A stretch of DNA of 54,582 nt from Sphingomonadales bacterium (GCA_038258615.1 JBBSPR010000001.1:1-54582); one strand, 5' to 3'. Positions 1-11,081 are shown, counted from the first letter of the stretch. Made by a program: numbers and translations. The notes: a model not told the origin generated them from the letters alone.

Positions 1-654
1 GTCATGCCCGAATCGATGTCGATCGAGCGGCGCCGGCTGATGCTCGCCTATGGCGCCAGCTTCGATCTGACCCCGCGCGAAAAGGGCATGAAGGGCGCCA
101 TCGCCCGCGCCGCCGAGATCGTCGCGGAAACGCCCGGCGCCTGGATGGCGCAGCAGTTCGAGAACCCCGCCAACATCGAAGTGCATGTCCGCACCACCGG
201 TCCGGAAATCCTCGCCGATTTCAAGGACACCCCGATCGATGCGATCATCACCGGGGTCGGCACCGGCGGCCATATCACCGGCATCGCGCGCTTCCTGAAA
301 CCGCACTGGCCGCAGCTCAAGGTGTTCGCCGTCGAGCCGAGCGCCTCGCCGGTCATCTCCGGCGGCGCGCCCTCGCCGCACCCCATTCAGGGCATCGGCG
401 CCGGCTTCATCCCCGCCAACCTCGATATCGGTGCCATCGATGGCGTCATCCAGGTCGAAGCAGGAGCCGCCAAGGCAATGGCACTGCGCTCGGCCACCCA
501 GGAAGGGATGCTCGTCGGTATCTCCTCGGGCGCCACGCTCGCCGCCATCGCGCAGAAGCTCCCCGAGTTGCCGGCCGGCAGCCGCGTGCTCGGCTTCAAC
601 TATGATACCGGCGAGCGCTACCTGTCGGTGCCGGAGTTCCTGCCCACGGAGTGA
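1..654 (+). CDS. cysK: Cysteine synthase A (5' end outside window)
   Basis: Motifs [38 protein letters not shown]. Confidence 0.95.
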   Translation, partial: VMPESMSIERRRLMLAYGASFDLTPREKGMKGAIARAAEIVAETPGAWMAQQFENPANIEVHVRTTGPEILADFKDTPIDAIITGVGTGGHITGIARFLKPHWPQLKVFAVEPSASPVISGGAPSPHPIQGIGAGFIPANLDIGAIDGVIQVEAGAAKAMALRSATQEGMLVGISSGATLAAIAQKLPELPAGSRVLGFNYDTGERYLSVPEFLPTE

Positions 655-1472
655 GCTTGAAGGGGAGCCGGCACCAGCTCCACCACCACGATCTCCGGCG
701 GGACCCGGAAGCGGAGCGGCACGAAAGTCGTGCCCAGCCCCGATGATACCAGCAGCCAGCGCCCATCCTCGTGGAACAGCCCGCGCCGATGGGCGCTCAC
801 GAACGGATTGCTGCGCGTCGGGTCGAGGCCGGGGATCAGCAGCTGCCGCCCGTGCGTATGGCCGGACAGGTGCAGCTGGCTGCGCGCGTCTAGATATTCG
901 AACGTGTCGGGCTCATGGCTGGCCGTGATCATCGGCTTGTCCTGCGGCGCCGAATCCATCGCATGGCGCATGCCGGGCACCGGCGGGTGCGGGTTGCCGA
1001 TCGAATCGCCGCCCACCACCACCAACGGCCCCAGGTCGATGTGGCTGCCGACCAGCAGCCGGATATGTGTTTCGGCAAACACCGAGGACGTCCATTCCGG
1101 GCTGTCATGGTTGCCCGGCACCGCCAGCACCCCGAGCGGCGCCGCCAGCACCGCCATGGCCTGCACAACCGGTCGATGGTAGAGGCGCGGCCAGTCGACC
1201 AGCTTGCCGCCGACATAATCCCCGGTCAGCACGATCAGGTCGGGCTTGAGCGCATTCGCCTGCGCCGCGATGCGCGCAATCCGGCGCGGCGGCATGTCGA
1301 TCCAGCTGGCATGGATATCACTCAACTGCACCAGACGCAGCGGTGCTTTCAGCCCCGCGATCGGCACCCGGTAGCGCACCACCACCGGGTCCTGCACCGC
1401 CTCGGCCATGCCGTAGAAGCCGAGTGCGGTCAGCAGCGCGACGGCCAGCCCCGCCAGCCGTCGCAGTTTCAT
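618..1472 (-). CDS. Calcineurin-like metallophosphoesterase (YkuE/YaeI-like) with N-terminal membrane anchor
   Basis: Motifs SDIH, TGD, PGNHD, SHEPD, SGHTHG; hydrophobic N-terminus; 37-bp convergent overlap with cysK. Confidence 0.88.
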   Translation of the reverse strand: MKLRRLAGLAVALLTALGFYGMAEAVQDPVVVRYRVPIAGLKAPLRLVQLSDIHASWIDMPPRRIARIAAQANALKPDLIVLTGDYVGGKLVDWPRLYHRPVVQAMAVLAAPLGVLAVPGNHDSPEWTSSVFAETHIRLLVGSHIDLGPLVVVGGDSIGNPHPPVPGMRHAMDSAPQDKPMITASHEPDTFEYLDARSQLHLSGHTHGRQLLIPGLDPTRSNPFVSAHRRGLFHEDGRWLLVSSGLGTTFVPLRFRVPPEIVVVELVPAPLQAHSVGRNSGTDR

Positions 1473-1473
1473 C

Positions 1474-3669
1474 TCAGGCGGCGGCCTTCATCCGCGCCCG
1501 GCCGTAGAAGGTCTCGCCCGCAGCCGCCATGTCGCGGAGTTGCTGTGGCGGGGTAAAGCGCTCGCCATGCGTCTCGGCCAGCCGGTCGAGGATCGCCACC
1601 ACATTGGCAAGGCCGACCGTGTCCATATGGCTGAACGGCCCGCCCGAAAACGGCAGGAAGCCCCAGCCGAAGATGGCCCCCAGGTCGCCATCCTCGGGGG
1701 TTTCGAGCACACCTTCCGCAAAGCAGCGAGCGCATTCGGCCAGTTGCCGATAGAGCAGCCGCTCCTTCACCGCATCGGCGGAGGGCTGTTCCTCGGCCAG
1801 CCCGCCGGCAACCGTCGCCACCAGCTCGGGCCAGAGGTACTTCTTGCCGCCGCCTTCGGGATAGACATAGAAACCCTTGGCATTCTTGCGGCCCTGGCGG
1901 CCAAGCTCGTGCATCTTGGTGATCACGCCATCGGCGGGGCCGGGCTTGTAGGCATCGCCCAGATCGGCCTTCGTCTGCTGGCCCACCTTGTAGCTGAGAT
2001 CGAGGCCCACTTCGTCGTTCACCGCGAGCGGTCCGACCGGCATGCCCATCTGCTTGCCGATGTTCTCGATCAGCGCCGGGCTGGTGCCCTCGCCGAGCAG
2101 CGCCAGCCCTTCCTGCACATAGGTGCCGAAGCAGCGCGACGTGTAGAAGCCGCGGCTGTCGTTGACCACGATCGGCGTCTTGCGGATCGCGGCGACATAG
2201 TCGAGCGCCTTGGCGATGGCCGCTGGCCCCGTCTCCTTGCCGACGATTATCTCCACCAGCGACATCTTCTCGACCGGCGAGAAGAAGTGAATGCCGATGA
2301 AGTTCTCGGGCTTAGACCACGCCTTGGCGAGGCCGGTGATCGGCAGCGTCGAGGTGTTGGAGCCGAAGAACGTGTCCGCCCCCACCACGGCCTCGGTGGC
2401 CTTGGTCACATCGGCCTTGATCTCGCGGCTTTCGAACACCGCTTCGATGATCAGGTCGCAGCCCGCCAAATCGGCATAGTCGCTGGTCGGGTGGATCCGG
2501 TCGAGGATCGCCTGCGCCTTGGCCGGGTCCATACGCTTCTTGGCGAGCCGGTCGGCGGTATATTGCTTGCCCTTTTCAGCCGCCGCCAGGTCCCGGTCGA
2601 GCAGGACGACATCGATCCCGGCCTGCGCCGTCACCATCGCCACGCCGGCCCCCATCAGGCCGGCACCCAGCATGGCGATCTTCTTCGTCGGCATCGGGGC
2701 CACATCCTTCGGCCGCCGCGCACCCTTTTCGGCCGCCTGCTTCGAAACGAACAGCGAACGGATCATGTTGCCCGCCTGCGGATCGGCGACCACCTTGGCG
2801 AAATACTTCGATTCCACCCGGATCGCCGTGTCCATCGGCAGCTGCGCGCCCTCATACACCGCCGACAGGATCGCCTTGGGGGCGTTCATGTTGTTGCTCG
2901 TGCTCTTCGCCGTCATCGCCGTCCCGGCAACGAAGGTTTGCGCGAACGCCGGGTTGAAGCCGCCGACGCCGCCGGGGAATTTGAAGCCCTTCTGGTCCCA
3001 GGGCTGCACGCCGCCGGCCGGGTTGGCCTTCACCCATGCCTTGGCACGGTCCACCACCTCGTCTGCCGGAGCGATTTCCTGCACCACGCCAAAGCCCTTG
3101 GCTTCCGCGGGGCTCATGTTCTTGCCCTGCAGCAGGTACATGAGCGCAGGCTGCACCCCCATCAACCGCGGAAGCCGCTGTGTGCCGCCGGCCCCCGGGA
3201 ACAGCCCGACCATCACTTCGGGAAGCCCGAGCGTGATCTTCGGATTGTCGGCAATCACCCGGTAATGGCAGGCGAGGATGAACTCGAGCCCGCCGCCGAG
3301 CGCCAGGCCATTCACCGCCGCCGCCACCGGCTTGCCGCAGGTTTCCAGATCGCGCAGCAGCTTGTTCAGCCCGAACACCGCGTCGAACAGCTTCGCCAGC
3401 TTGGACTTGCCGTCATCGGCCGCAGGTGCTGCCCCGCCGAACAGCGCGCCCATGCCCTTCAAGTCAGCGCCGGCCATGAAGCCGCTCTTCTTGCCCGAAG
3501 TGAGGACAGCGCCCTTCACTTCCGGATCGGTCCGCAGCCGCTCGATGGCGGCCGCCAGGTCGCGCGTCACTTCGGGGGTGGTCACGTTCATCCCCAGCCC
3601 GGGCACATCGATCGTCAGCAGCAGAATGCCATCGGCGTCGAGCTCGGAGCGGATTGCAACATCAGTCAT
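1474..3669 (-). CDS. Fatty-acid oxidation complex alpha subunit (enoyl-CoA hydratase / 3-hydroxyacyl-CoA dehydrogenase, FadB/FadJ family)
   Basis: Crotonase motifs ALGGGLE and PGAGGTQRLPR; Rossmann GAGLMGAG; SNTSTLPI; HFFSPV. Confidence 0.93.
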   Translation of the reverse strand: MTDVAIRSELDADGILLLTIDVPGLGMNVTTPEVTRDLAAAIERLRTDPEVKGAVLTSGKKSGFMAGADLKGMGALFGGAAPAADDGKSKLAKLFDAVFGLNKLLRDLETCGKPVAAAVNGLALGGGLEFILACHYRVIADNPKITLGLPEVMVGLFPGAGGTQRLPRLMGVQPALMYLLQGKNMSPAEAKGFGVVQEIAPADEVVDRAKAWVKANPAGGVQPWDQKGFKFPGGVGGFNPAFAQTFVAGTAMTAKSTSNNMNAPKAILSAVYEGAQLPMDTAIRVESKYFAKVVADPQAGNMIRSLFVSKQAAEKGARRPKDVAPMPTKKIAMLGAGLMGAGVAMVTAQAGIDVVLLDRDLAAAEKGKQYTADRLAKKRMDPAKAQAILDRIHPTSDYADLAGCDLIIEAVFESREIKADVTKATEAVVGADTFFGSNTSTLPITGLAKAWSKPENFIGIHFFSPVEKMSLVEIIVGKETGPAAIAKALDYVAAIRKTPIVVNDSRGFYTSRCFGTYVQEGLALLGEGTSPALIENIGKQMGMPVGPLAVNDEVGLDLSYKVGQQTKADLGDAYKPGPADGVITKMHELGRQGRKNAKGFYVYPEGGGKKYLWPELVATVAGGLAEEQPSADAVKERLLYRQLAECARCFAEGVLETPEDGDLGAIFGWGFLPFSGGPFSHMDTVGLANVVAILDRLAETHGERFTPPQQLRDMAAAGETFYGRARMKAAA

Positions 3670-3681
3670 GGTCAAAACCCC

Positions 3682-4893
3682 TTACAAGCGTTCGATGATC
3701 GTGCCGGTGCCCATGCCGGCACCCACGCACAAATTCACCAGCGCCGTGCCCTTGCCGGTCCGCTCCAGCTCATCGAGCACGGTGCCGAGGATCATCGCTC
3801 CGGTGGCACCCAGCGGATGCCCCATGGCGATGGCACCGCCGTTCACGTTGATCTTGTCGTGCGAGATGTTCAGCGCCTGCATGTAGCGCAGCACCACGCT
3901 GGCAAAGGCCTCGTTCAGCTCGAACAGGTCGATATCGTCGGCGGTCATCCCTGCACGCTTCAAAATCTTGTTCGCCACGAATTCCGGACCGGTCAGCATG
4001 ATCATCGGCTCGGAGCCCACCGAACCCATGGCCCGGATGCGCGCCCGCGGCTTCAGGCCGTATTTCTCGCCCATCTCCTTGCTGCCGACCAGCACGCCGG
4101 CCGCCCCATCGACGATGCCCGACGAATTGCCGCCATGGTGCACATGGTCGATCTTCTCCACCTCGGGATAGCGCATCAGCGCAATCGCATCGAAGCCGGG
4201 CATCTGCTCGCCCATCGCCGAAAACGCCGGGCTGAGCGATCCCAGCGACTGCATGTCGGTGCCGGGGCGCATATGCTCGTCATGGTCAAGCACCACTTCA
4301 CCAATCACATCGCGCACCGGCATGATCGAACGGGCAAAGCGCCCCTCCTTCCAGGCCTGTGCCGCACGCTTCTGGCTCTCCATCGCATAGGCATCGACAT
4401 CGTTGCGGCTGAAGCCATATTTCGTCGCGATCAGATCGGCGCCGATGCCCTGCGGCGCGAAATAGGTCTTGAACGCCACCGCCGGGTCCATCGCCCAGGC
4501 GCCGCCGTCCGAGCCCATCGGCACGCGGCTCATGCTCTCCACACCGCCGCCGATCGCGAACATCGCCTCGCCGGCCATCACCTTGGCCACCGCCATGTTG
4601 GTCGCTTCCAGCCCCGACGCGCAAAAGCGGTTGATCTGCACGCCGGCGGTCGATTCCGCATAATCGGCGTTCAACACCGCCACCCGGGCAATGTCGCTGC
4701 CCTGCTCGCCCACCGGCGCCACACAGCCGAGGATCACATCATCCACATCCGCCGTATCGATGCCATTGCGATCCCGGATCGCCTCCAGCACCTGTGTCGC
4801 CAGCTGGATCGGCGTGATCTCGTGGAGCTTGCCGTCCTTCTTGCCCTTGCCGCGCGGGGTGCGCACCGTGTCGTAAATGTAAGCGTCAGCCAT
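3682..4893 (-). CDS. Acetyl-CoA C-acyltransferase (thiolase)
   Basis: [28 protein letters not shown]; GGGAG SD upstream of ATG 4893. Confidence 0.95.
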   Translation of the reverse strand: MADAYIYDTVRTPRGKGKKDGKLHEITPIQLATQVLEAIRDRNGIDTADVDDVILGCVAPVGEQGSDIARVAVLNADYAESTAGVQINRFCASGLEATNMAVAKVMAGEAMFAIGGGVESMSRVPMGSDGGAWAMDPAVAFKTYFAPQGIGADLIATKYGFSRNDVDAYAMESQKRAAQAWKEGRFARSIMPVRDVIGEVVLDHDEHMRPGTDMQSLGSLSPAFSAMGEQMPGFDAIALMRYPEVEKIDHVHHGGNSSGIVDGAAGVLVGSKEMGEKYGLKPRARIRAMGSVGSEPMIMLTGPEFVANKILKRAGMTADDIDLFELNEAFASVVLRYMQALNISHDKINVNGGAIAMGHPLGATGAMILGTVLDELERTGKGTALVNLCVGAGMGTGTIIERL

Positions 4894-4917
4894 GGTCAGT
4901 CTCCCAAGGAATCTCAT

Positions 4918-6708
4918 TCAGAATGCATCCGCCGGCATCGCCATCATCGTGGCACTTCCGGCCTCCAGCCGCGCGCGCAGCGAAGCCGTATCGGGCAAAA
5001 ACCGTTCGGCATAATAGCGCGCCGTGATGAGCTTCGCCTCATAAAATCCGGCGTCGGAAGCCCCGGCATCGAGCGCCTCGCGCGACGCCTTGGCCATCAC
5101 CAGCCACATATGCCCCAGCGCCACGATGCCCATCATGTGCATGTAGGCGGTCGCCCCCGCCCCGGCATTGTCGGGGTTGCCCATGCCGTTGGACATCAGC
5201 CACATCGTCGAGGCTTCAAGGTCCCCGAGCGCCTTTTCAAGCGGCGCCTTCAAGAACCCGAGTGCCGCATCGTCCGAACCCGCCAGCGCCTCGCGGACCA
5301 TTGCCAGCCATGCCCGCAAGCCGCGGCCGCCGTTCATCGCCAGCTTGCGGCCCACCAGATCGAGCGCCTGGATGCCGTTGGTGCCCTCGTAAATCTGCGC
5401 GATCCGCGCATCGCGCACAAACTGCTCCATGCCCCATTCGCGCACATAGCCATGGCCGCCGAACACCTGCTGGCTGGTCACTGCCACTTCCAGCCCCTTG
5501 TCGGTGCAATAGCCCTTGATCACCGGAGTGAGCAGCGAAATCAGATCATCCGCCAGCTCGCGCTCTTCGGCAGTCGCCGCCTTCTTCGCCAGATCGACCT
5601 GCAGCGCCCCCCACAGGATGAGCGCCCGCGCCCCCTCGTTGAACGCCCGTCCATCGAGCAGCATCCGCCGCACATCGGGGTGAACGAGGATCGTGTCCGC
5701 CTTGGCGTCCGCGTCCTTCACCCCCGTCAGCGAGCGGCCCTGCCGCCGGTCCTTCGCATAGGCCACGGCGTTCTGATAAGCGATCTCGCCCTGCGCCAGC
5801 CCCTGCAGCCCCACGCCGAGCCGGGCAGCGTTCATCATGATGAACATCGCCTTCAGGCCCTTGAACTCTTCGCCGAGCATATAGCCCGTCGCACCGTCAT
5901 AGTTCATCACGCAGGTGGCGTTGGCATGGATGCCCATCTTGTGCTCGATCGACCCGCACGACACTGCATTGCGCGCGCCCACGAGGCGCTCATCATCGAC
6001 CATAAGCTTGGGCACGATGAACAGGCTGATCCCCTTCACCGTATCGGGCGCACCTTCGGTCTTGGCGAGCACCAGATGCACGATATTCTCGGCCAGATCA
6101 TGCTCGCCGGCCGAAATGAAGATCTTCGTGCCAGTGATTGCATAAGAACCATCGGCGTTCTTCACTGCCCGGGTGCGAATCAGCCCCAGATCGGTCCCGC
6201 AATGCGGCTCGGTCAGGTTCATCGTGCCGGTCCAGCGCCCCGCCACCATCGGCGGCAGCCACTTGGCCTTTTGCTCCTCGGAGCCGACAACCTCGATCGC
6301 CGCCTGCGCGCCTTCGGAAAGCCCCGGATACATGGCAAAGGCCATGTTGGCGCTCTGCAGATATTCCTGGAACGCCGTGCCCACCACATAGGGCAATCCC
6401 TGCCCGCCCCAGGCGGAATCGGCCATCAGCGTGCCCCAGCCGCCCTCGCAAAACTGGTCATAGGCCGATTTCATCCCCGCCGGCGTCGTCACCGAACCAT
6501 CGGCGTGGCGGGTGCAGCCCTCGATATCGCCCGACAGGTTGAGCGGAAACAGCACATCCTCGCAGAACTTGCCGCCGGCCTCCAGAATCGCCGCCACAAC
6601 ATCGGGCGTCGCCTCGGCAAAGCCCGGCAGATTGGCATAGCGCTCCAGCCCCACCACCGATTGCAGGACGAAGGCGGTATCCTTCACCGGGGCGCGATAC
6701 GCTGGCAT
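4918..6708 (-). CDS. Acyl-CoA dehydrogenase (long, ~600 aa type)
   Basis: MNLTEPHCGTDLG, GTKIFIS, EHKMGI, QVFGGHGY, IYEGTNGIQALDL. Confidence 0.95.
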   Translation of the reverse strand: MPAYRAPVKDTAFVLQSVVGLERYANLPGFAEATPDVVAAILEAGGKFCEDVLFPLNLSGDIEGCTRHADGSVTTPAGMKSAYDQFCEGGWGTLMADSAWGGQGLPYVVGTAFQEYLQSANMAFAMYPGLSEGAQAAIEVVGSEEQKAKWLPPMVAGRWTGTMNLTEPHCGTDLGLIRTRAVKNADGSYAITGTKIFISAGEHDLAENIVHLVLAKTEGAPDTVKGISLFIVPKLMVDDERLVGARNAVSCGSIEHKMGIHANATCVMNYDGATGYMLGEEFKGLKAMFIMMNAARLGVGLQGLAQGEIAYQNAVAYAKDRRQGRSLTGVKDADAKADTILVHPDVRRMLLDGRAFNEGARALILWGALQVDLAKKAATAEERELADDLISLLTPVIKGYCTDKGLEVAVTSQQVFGGHGYVREWGMEQFVRDARIAQIYEGTNGIQALDLVGRKLAMNGGRGLRAWLAMVREALAGSDDAALGFLKAPLEKALGDLEASTMWLMSNGMGNPDNAGAGATAYMHMMGIVALGHMWLVMAKASREALDAGASDAGFYEAKLITARYYAERFLPDTASLRARLEAGSATMMAMPADAF

Positions 6709-6717
6709 GGCTTGCTC

Positions 6718-7164
6718 CTATTGCTTCGCTGCGGTCGGTGGAGCGGCGATCATCGACTCCACCACAGCACAGAAATTTTGCAGTTCCTCGATCGTCGCAT
6801 CAAGATCGGCGCGCTGCTCCTCGAGCGCTGCAATCCGTGCCCGGCATTTGTCGAGCGTCACCTGCCGCTGCTTCGCCCGGCCGTCCCCCAGATCGTAAAG
6901 GTCGATCATCTCGCGGATTTCAGCCAGCGAAAACCCCACGTTCTTGGCGCGCAAAATCCACGCCAGCCGCGCCCGGTCCCGCCGCGAATACACCCGGTTC
7001 TGGCCGATCCGCTCGGGCGAGATCAGCCCCTGGTCTTCATAAAGCCGGATCGCGCGCGGGGTGACGTTGAAGCCCAGCGCCAGCTCGGTGATGGTGAAGC
7101 TCTCCGCCCCGTCATGGTGCGCGGCGGCGGGCACGATCGAGAAGACATGGGCGGGATCGGACAT
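6718..7164 (-). CDS. liuR: MerR-family transcriptional regulator, LiuR-like
   Basis: MerR HTH (FTITELA...[18 protein letters not shown]...[16 protein letters not shown]); heads an acyl-CoA catabolic operon; LiuR-type operator just upstream. The symbol is inferred from context. Confidence 0.8.
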   Translation of the reverse strand: MSDPAHVFSIVPAAAHHDGAESFTITELALGFNVTPRAIRLYEDQGLISPERIGQNRVYSRRDRARLAWILRAKNVGFSLAEIREMIDLYDLGDGRAKQRQVTLDKCRARIAALEEQRADLDATIEELQNFCAVVESMIAAPPTAAKQ

Positions 7165-7176
7165 GGAGTTTACCTA

Positions 7177-7194
7177 GTTGACGTTAACGTAAGG
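7177..7194. promoter_or_regulatory. LiuR-type palindromic operator GTTGACGTTAACGTAAGG upstream of the MerR gene
   Basis: ACGT-NN-ACGT core resembling the LiuR motif; 12 nt upstream of the ATG and adjacent to a minus-strand TTGACC (-35-like, 7199-7194). Confidence 0.8.
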
Positions 7195-7195
7195 G

Positions 7196-7822
7196 TCAAT
7201 GGCCGGCACTGGCCGCCAGCGCGCGGATGGCCCGGTTCTGATGGACATACCGTCCCGGCTCGACACGTTCGGACAGCGCAGCAATTGCTGCCGCGATCAC
7301 CTCCGCCGGCACCGATCCATATTTGGCCAGCCCGCCGACGAGCAGTGGACCCAGCAGCGGTGTCACCACCTGCAGAAATCCCTCCACCGGCCGCCGTTCG
7401 GGACGCGGGCCGATGATCAGGCCAGGCTGGACAAGGTCGAGCCGCGCAAAGCCCATCGCCGTCAACGCAGCCTCGACTTCGCCTTTCACCCGCGAATAGA
7501 ACACGCTCGATCCGGCATCCGCACCCACCGCCGTCACCACGACGAAGCGCTTCACGCCCGCCACCTGCGCCGCCCGCGCAAAGGCCAGCACGGCATCATG
7601 ATCCACCGCCCGAAACGCCGCCTGGCTGCCGGCGGCGCGGATGGTCGTCCCCAGCGCACAGATCGCCACATCGGCTGGCGGCAGCGGGGGCAGCGCGGCA
7701 AAGTCCACGACAAGCTCCCCCACCCTGCCCGACGGCCTACGCACGACCGCAATGGCATTGGGCAGCAACGCCAGCACACGCGAGCCGACCAGCCCGGTGG
7801 CCCCTGCGAGCAAAACGCTCAT
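7196..7822 (-). CDS. NAD(P)-binding oxidoreductase (atypical SDR, TIP30/YraR-like)
   Basis: LAGATGLVG, CALGTT, FRAVDHD, FYSRVKGEVE. Confidence 0.85.
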   Translation of the reverse strand: MSVLLAGATGLVGSRVLALLPNAIAVVRRPSGRVGELVVDFAALPPLPPADVAICALGTTIRAAGSQAAFRAVDHDAVLAFARAAQVAGVKRFVVVTAVGADAGSSVFYSRVKGEVEAALTAMGFARLDLVQPGLIIGPRPERRPVEGFLQVVTPLLGPLLVGGLAKYGSVPAEVIAAAIAALSERVEPGRYVHQNRAIRALAASAGH

Positions 7823-8328
7823 CGCCCCAGTCCTTTCAGCGCGTCATCGGCGAGGATTGCCGCCGCCAATGCCTCGGGCTCGCGTGTCGGCACGAGGACA
7901 TCGGATGTATTTTTGCCGATCAGGCGTATCCGCACCCGCCCACGTCCACCGCGGCGTTCAGGGGTTACGGCCGCAATCTCGTCCCAGCCGATCAGCCGGC
8001 GGCGACCTGCCAGGGTCAAGCCGGGCGCATCGGCGATGACTTCGGGCTCACCCCATTGCCGCAACCGATTGACCTCAAGCGCCAGCCTGCGGACGAGAAA
8101 TCCGCCGAGAACCATCAGCATCAGGCTGCCACCGATCACCTTGAAGCCGGCGTCGCCCGCCACGATCAAATCCAGTGCAAGCCACAGCACGGCCGCCACG
8201 AGCGCCGCCGACACTCCGAAGACCACGGCGCGAACCGTGGCGCCGGTGCGCGTGTCATCAGCGCCGATGGAGAACAGCGTTTCACCGCCGGCCCTCAGCG
8301 CCAGTTCGACAAGCTCATCGACCGGCAT
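7819..8328 (-). CDS. Hypothetical membrane protein (two TM helices plus a possible PH-like C-terminus)
   Basis: Fills the gap between hisI (TGATG overlap) and the oxidoreductase (ATGA overlap); two hydrophobic segments. Confidence 0.65.
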   Translation of the reverse strand: MPVDELVELALRAGGETLFSIGADDTRTGATVRAVVFGVSAALVAAVLWLALDLIVAGDAGFKVIGGSLMLMVLGGFLVRRLALEVNRLRQWGEPEVIADAPGLTLAGRRRLIGWDEIAAVTPERRGGRGRVRIRLIGKNTSDVLVPTREPEALAAAILADDALKGLGR

Positions 8329-8702
8329 CAGCCGCGCACAAGGCCATCGCTGGTCACCGCGCGATAGAAGCAGCTTCGCTCGCCAGTATGGCACGCCGGC
8401 CCAGCCGGCTCCACCTTGAGCCACAGCGCATCCTGATCGCAATCGATGCGCATCTCCACCACGCGCTGCACATGCCCAGATGTCGCACCCTTGTGCCAGA
8501 GCTCGCCGCGGGACCGGCTCCAGAAATGCGCCTCTCCCGTTGCCAGCGTTGCAGCAAGTGCCTGCGCATTCATGTGCGCAACCATCAGCAGCTCGCCCGA
8601 GGCAACATCACTCACCACCGCCGTCACCAGCCCGGCAGCATCCCATTTCGGATCGAGCGCCAATCCCATCTCGCGTGCCCCATCATTTTCATTAAGGCTC
8701 AT
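8328..8702 (-). CDS. hisI: Phosphoribosyl-AMP cyclohydrolase
   Basis: [30 protein letters not shown]. Confidence 0.95.
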   Translation of the reverse strand: MSLNENDGAREMGLALDPKWDAAGLVTAVVSDVASGELLMVAHMNAQALAATLATGEAHFWSRSRGELWHKGATSGHVQRVVEMRIDCDQDALWLKVEPAGPACHTGERSCFYRAVTSDGLVRG

Positions 8703-8807
8703 ATGACAGTTCCGTGGCGCTTAAGGGGGCGACAAAGCCCCGACCGCTCCCTATATGCCGCGAGAACGCAGCGCTGGCGAGGCGACAGTCTTCCGATGGA
8801 ACCCAAT

Positions 8808-10265
8808 ATGCTCACCACCGATCCGTGGGAAGCCGACCATCTGCATGAAGAGTGCGGCGTGTTCGGCGTCTGGGGAGCCTCGGGCGCCGCTGCCGTCACT
8901 GCCCTCGGGCTGCACGCGCTCCAGCATCGCGGCCAGGAAGCCGCCGGCATCACCACCTTCGATGGCCGTGATTTCCACACTCACCGCGCCATGGGACATG
9001 TCGCCGGCAATTTCGATTCGGATGAGGTCATCCGCAAGCTGCGCGGCGATGTCGCCATCGGCCACAACCGCTATTCCACGACCGGCGAGACAGCGGTACG
9101 CAACGTGCAACCGCTCTATGCCGATCTCGCCAGCGGCGGCTTTGCCGTGGCGCACAACGGCAACATCTCCAACGCGATGACGCTGAAACGCGAGCTGGTT
9201 CGGCGCGGCGCCATCTTCCAGTCGACGTCGGACACCGAGGTGATCATCCACCTTGTCGCCACGTCCTCCTATCGCACGCTGCTCGATCGCTTCATCGATG
9301 CGCTCAAAAAGGTCGAGGGTGCCTACAGCCTGATCTGCCTGACCTCGGAAGGCATGCTCGCCTGCCGCGATCCGCTCGGCATCCGCCCGCTGGTGCTCGG
9401 CCGGCTCGGAGACAGCTATATCCTCGCCAGCGAGACGGTCGCACTCGACGTCGTCGGCGCAACCTTCCTGCGCGCCGTCGAGCCCGGCGAACTCATCATC
9501 ATTTCGTCCAAGGGCCTGCGCTCCATCCGTCCCTTCACCGAGATGCGGCCGCGGCCGTGCATCTTCGAACATGTCTATTTCAGCCGCCCCGATTCCATGG
9601 TCGAAGGCGCCTCGGTCTATCAGGTCCGCAAGGCGATCGGCGCCGAACTGGCGCGCGAGACGCCGGTCGAGGCCGACATGGTGGTGCCGGTGCCCGACAG
9701 CGGCACCCCGGCCGCCATCGGCTATGCGCAGGAGAGCGGAATCCCCTTCGAGCTCGGAATCATCCGTTCGCATTATGTCGGCCGCACCTTCATCCAGCCC
9801 GGCGACCAGATCCGCAATCTCGGCGTCAAGCTCAAGCACAATGCCAACCGCGCCATGATCACCGGCAAGCGCATCGTCCTCATCGACGATTCGATCGTGC
9901 GCGGCACCACGTCATTGAAGATCGTGCAGATGCTGCGCGAGGCCGGTGCGTCGGAAATCCACATGCGCATCGCCAGCCCGCCGACGCGCCACAGCTGTTA
10001 TTACGGCGTGGACACGCCCGAGCGCTCGAAGCTGCTGGCAGCGCAGATGAGCGTCGAGAAGATGCGCGATTTCATCAAGGCAGACAGTCTCGCCTTCCTG
10101 TCCACCGACGGTCTCTACCGGGCGCTTGGCGAAGCCGAGCGCAACACACAGGCGCCGCAATTCTGCGATGCCTGCTTCACGGGCGATTATCCCACCCGGC
10201 TCACCGACCAGGAAGAAGTCGAGATCCCCGACCAGCTGAGCCTGCTCGCCGAACGCGTCATTTAA
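8808..10265 (+). CDS. purF: Amidophosphoribosyltransferase
   Basis: EECGVFG, LQHRGQE, HNRYSTTG, DDSIVRGTT, YGVDTP; alternative start ATG 8796. Confidence 0.97.
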   Translation: MLTTDPWEADHLHEECGVFGVWGASGAAAVTALGLHALQHRGQEAAGITTFDGRDFHTHRAMGHVAGNFDSDEVIRKLRGDVAIGHNRYSTTGETAVRNVQPLYADLASGGFAVAHNGNISNAMTLKRELVRRGAIFQSTSDTEVIIHLVATSSYRTLLDRFIDALKKVEGAYSLICLTSEGMLACRDPLGIRPLVLGRLGDSYILASETVALDVVGATFLRAVEPGELIIISSKGLRSIRPFTEMRPRPCIFEHVYFSRPDSMVEGASVYQVRKAIGAELARETPVEADMVVPVPDSGTPAAIGYAQESGIPFELGIIRSHYVGRTFIQPGDQIRNLGVKLKHNANRAMITGKRIVLIDDSIVRGTTSLKIVQMLREAGASEIHMRIASPPTRHSCYYGVDTPERSKLLAAQMSVEKMRDFIKADSLAFLSTDGLYRALGEAERNTQAPQFCDACFTGDYPTRLTDQEEVEIPDQLSLLAERVI

Positions 10266-10342
10266 GCCCTCTCCCGCAACGTGGGAGGGTGGAGGCGGTG
10301 ACGGGCCTTGCCCCGCACCCCCCGCCCGTCTAACCCGCCCCC

Positions 10343-11017
10343 ATGAACGATATCACCTCCAAGCCCCTCGCCCTCGTCACCGGCGCCAGCCGCGGCATCG
10401 GCGCCGCCACCGCCGTGGCACTTGCCGCCGCCGGCCATCACGTCATCATCACCGCCCGCAAGGACAAGGATCTCGAAGTCACCGACGACCTGATCAACCA
10501 GGTCGGCGGCACCGCCACCATCGCCCCCTTCGACCTGACCGACACCCCGGCCATCGAGCGCCTCGGCACCGCCCTCGCCAGCCGCTGGGGCCGGCTCGAT
10601 GTGCTCATACTCAACGCCGGGCAACTGGGGTCGCTGACCCCTGTGCCACACCTCGACAAGAAGGATTGGGACCGGGTGCTGGCGGTCAACCTCACCGCCA
10701 ACTGGCATCTGATCCGCGTGCTCGATCCGCTGCTGCGCCGCGCGCCGGCCGCCGATGTCGTGGCGCTCACTTCGTCGGTCGGCAGCGCCCCGCGTGCCTA
10801 TTGGGGTGCCTATGCCGCCTCAAAGGCTGGATTGGAGAACCTCATCGCCACCTACGGCCAGGAAGTAAGCCCCGTCACCGCCATTCGCACCCATGTCATC
10901 GATCCTGGTGCCACCCGAACCGCCATGCGCGCCCGCGCCTTCCCCGGCGAGGATCCAGCTACGGTCAAGCCGCCCGAGGATGTCGCAGCCACGATCATGG
11001 CATCGTTGGCGCGATAG
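10343..11017 (+). CDS. SDR family oxidoreductase (YciK-like)
   Basis: TGASRGIG, YAASK, PGATRTAMRARAFPGED; conserved position after purF. Confidence 0.9.
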   Translation: MNDITSKPLALVTGASRGIGAATAVALAAAGHHVIITARKDKDLEVTDDLINQVGGTATIAPFDLTDTPAIERLGTALASRWGRLDVLILNAGQLGSLTPVPHLDKKDWDRVLAVNLTANWHLIRVLDPLLRRAPAADVVALTSSVGSAPRAYWGAYAASKAGLENLIATYGQEVSPVTAIRTHVIDPGATRTAMRARAFPGEDPATVKPPEDVAATIMASLAR

Positions 11018-11081
11018 CCGGTTCAATCCTGGTTAAAGCGGTTCTGGACAGGAAACGTCGAACCGCCAACGGAAGCCGCAG

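Noticed and set aside
1540-7416. 1958-aa plus-strand ORF
   Set aside because: Antisense shadow of four well-supported minus-strand genes; Arg/His-rich with no domain motifs, as expected in high-GC DNA
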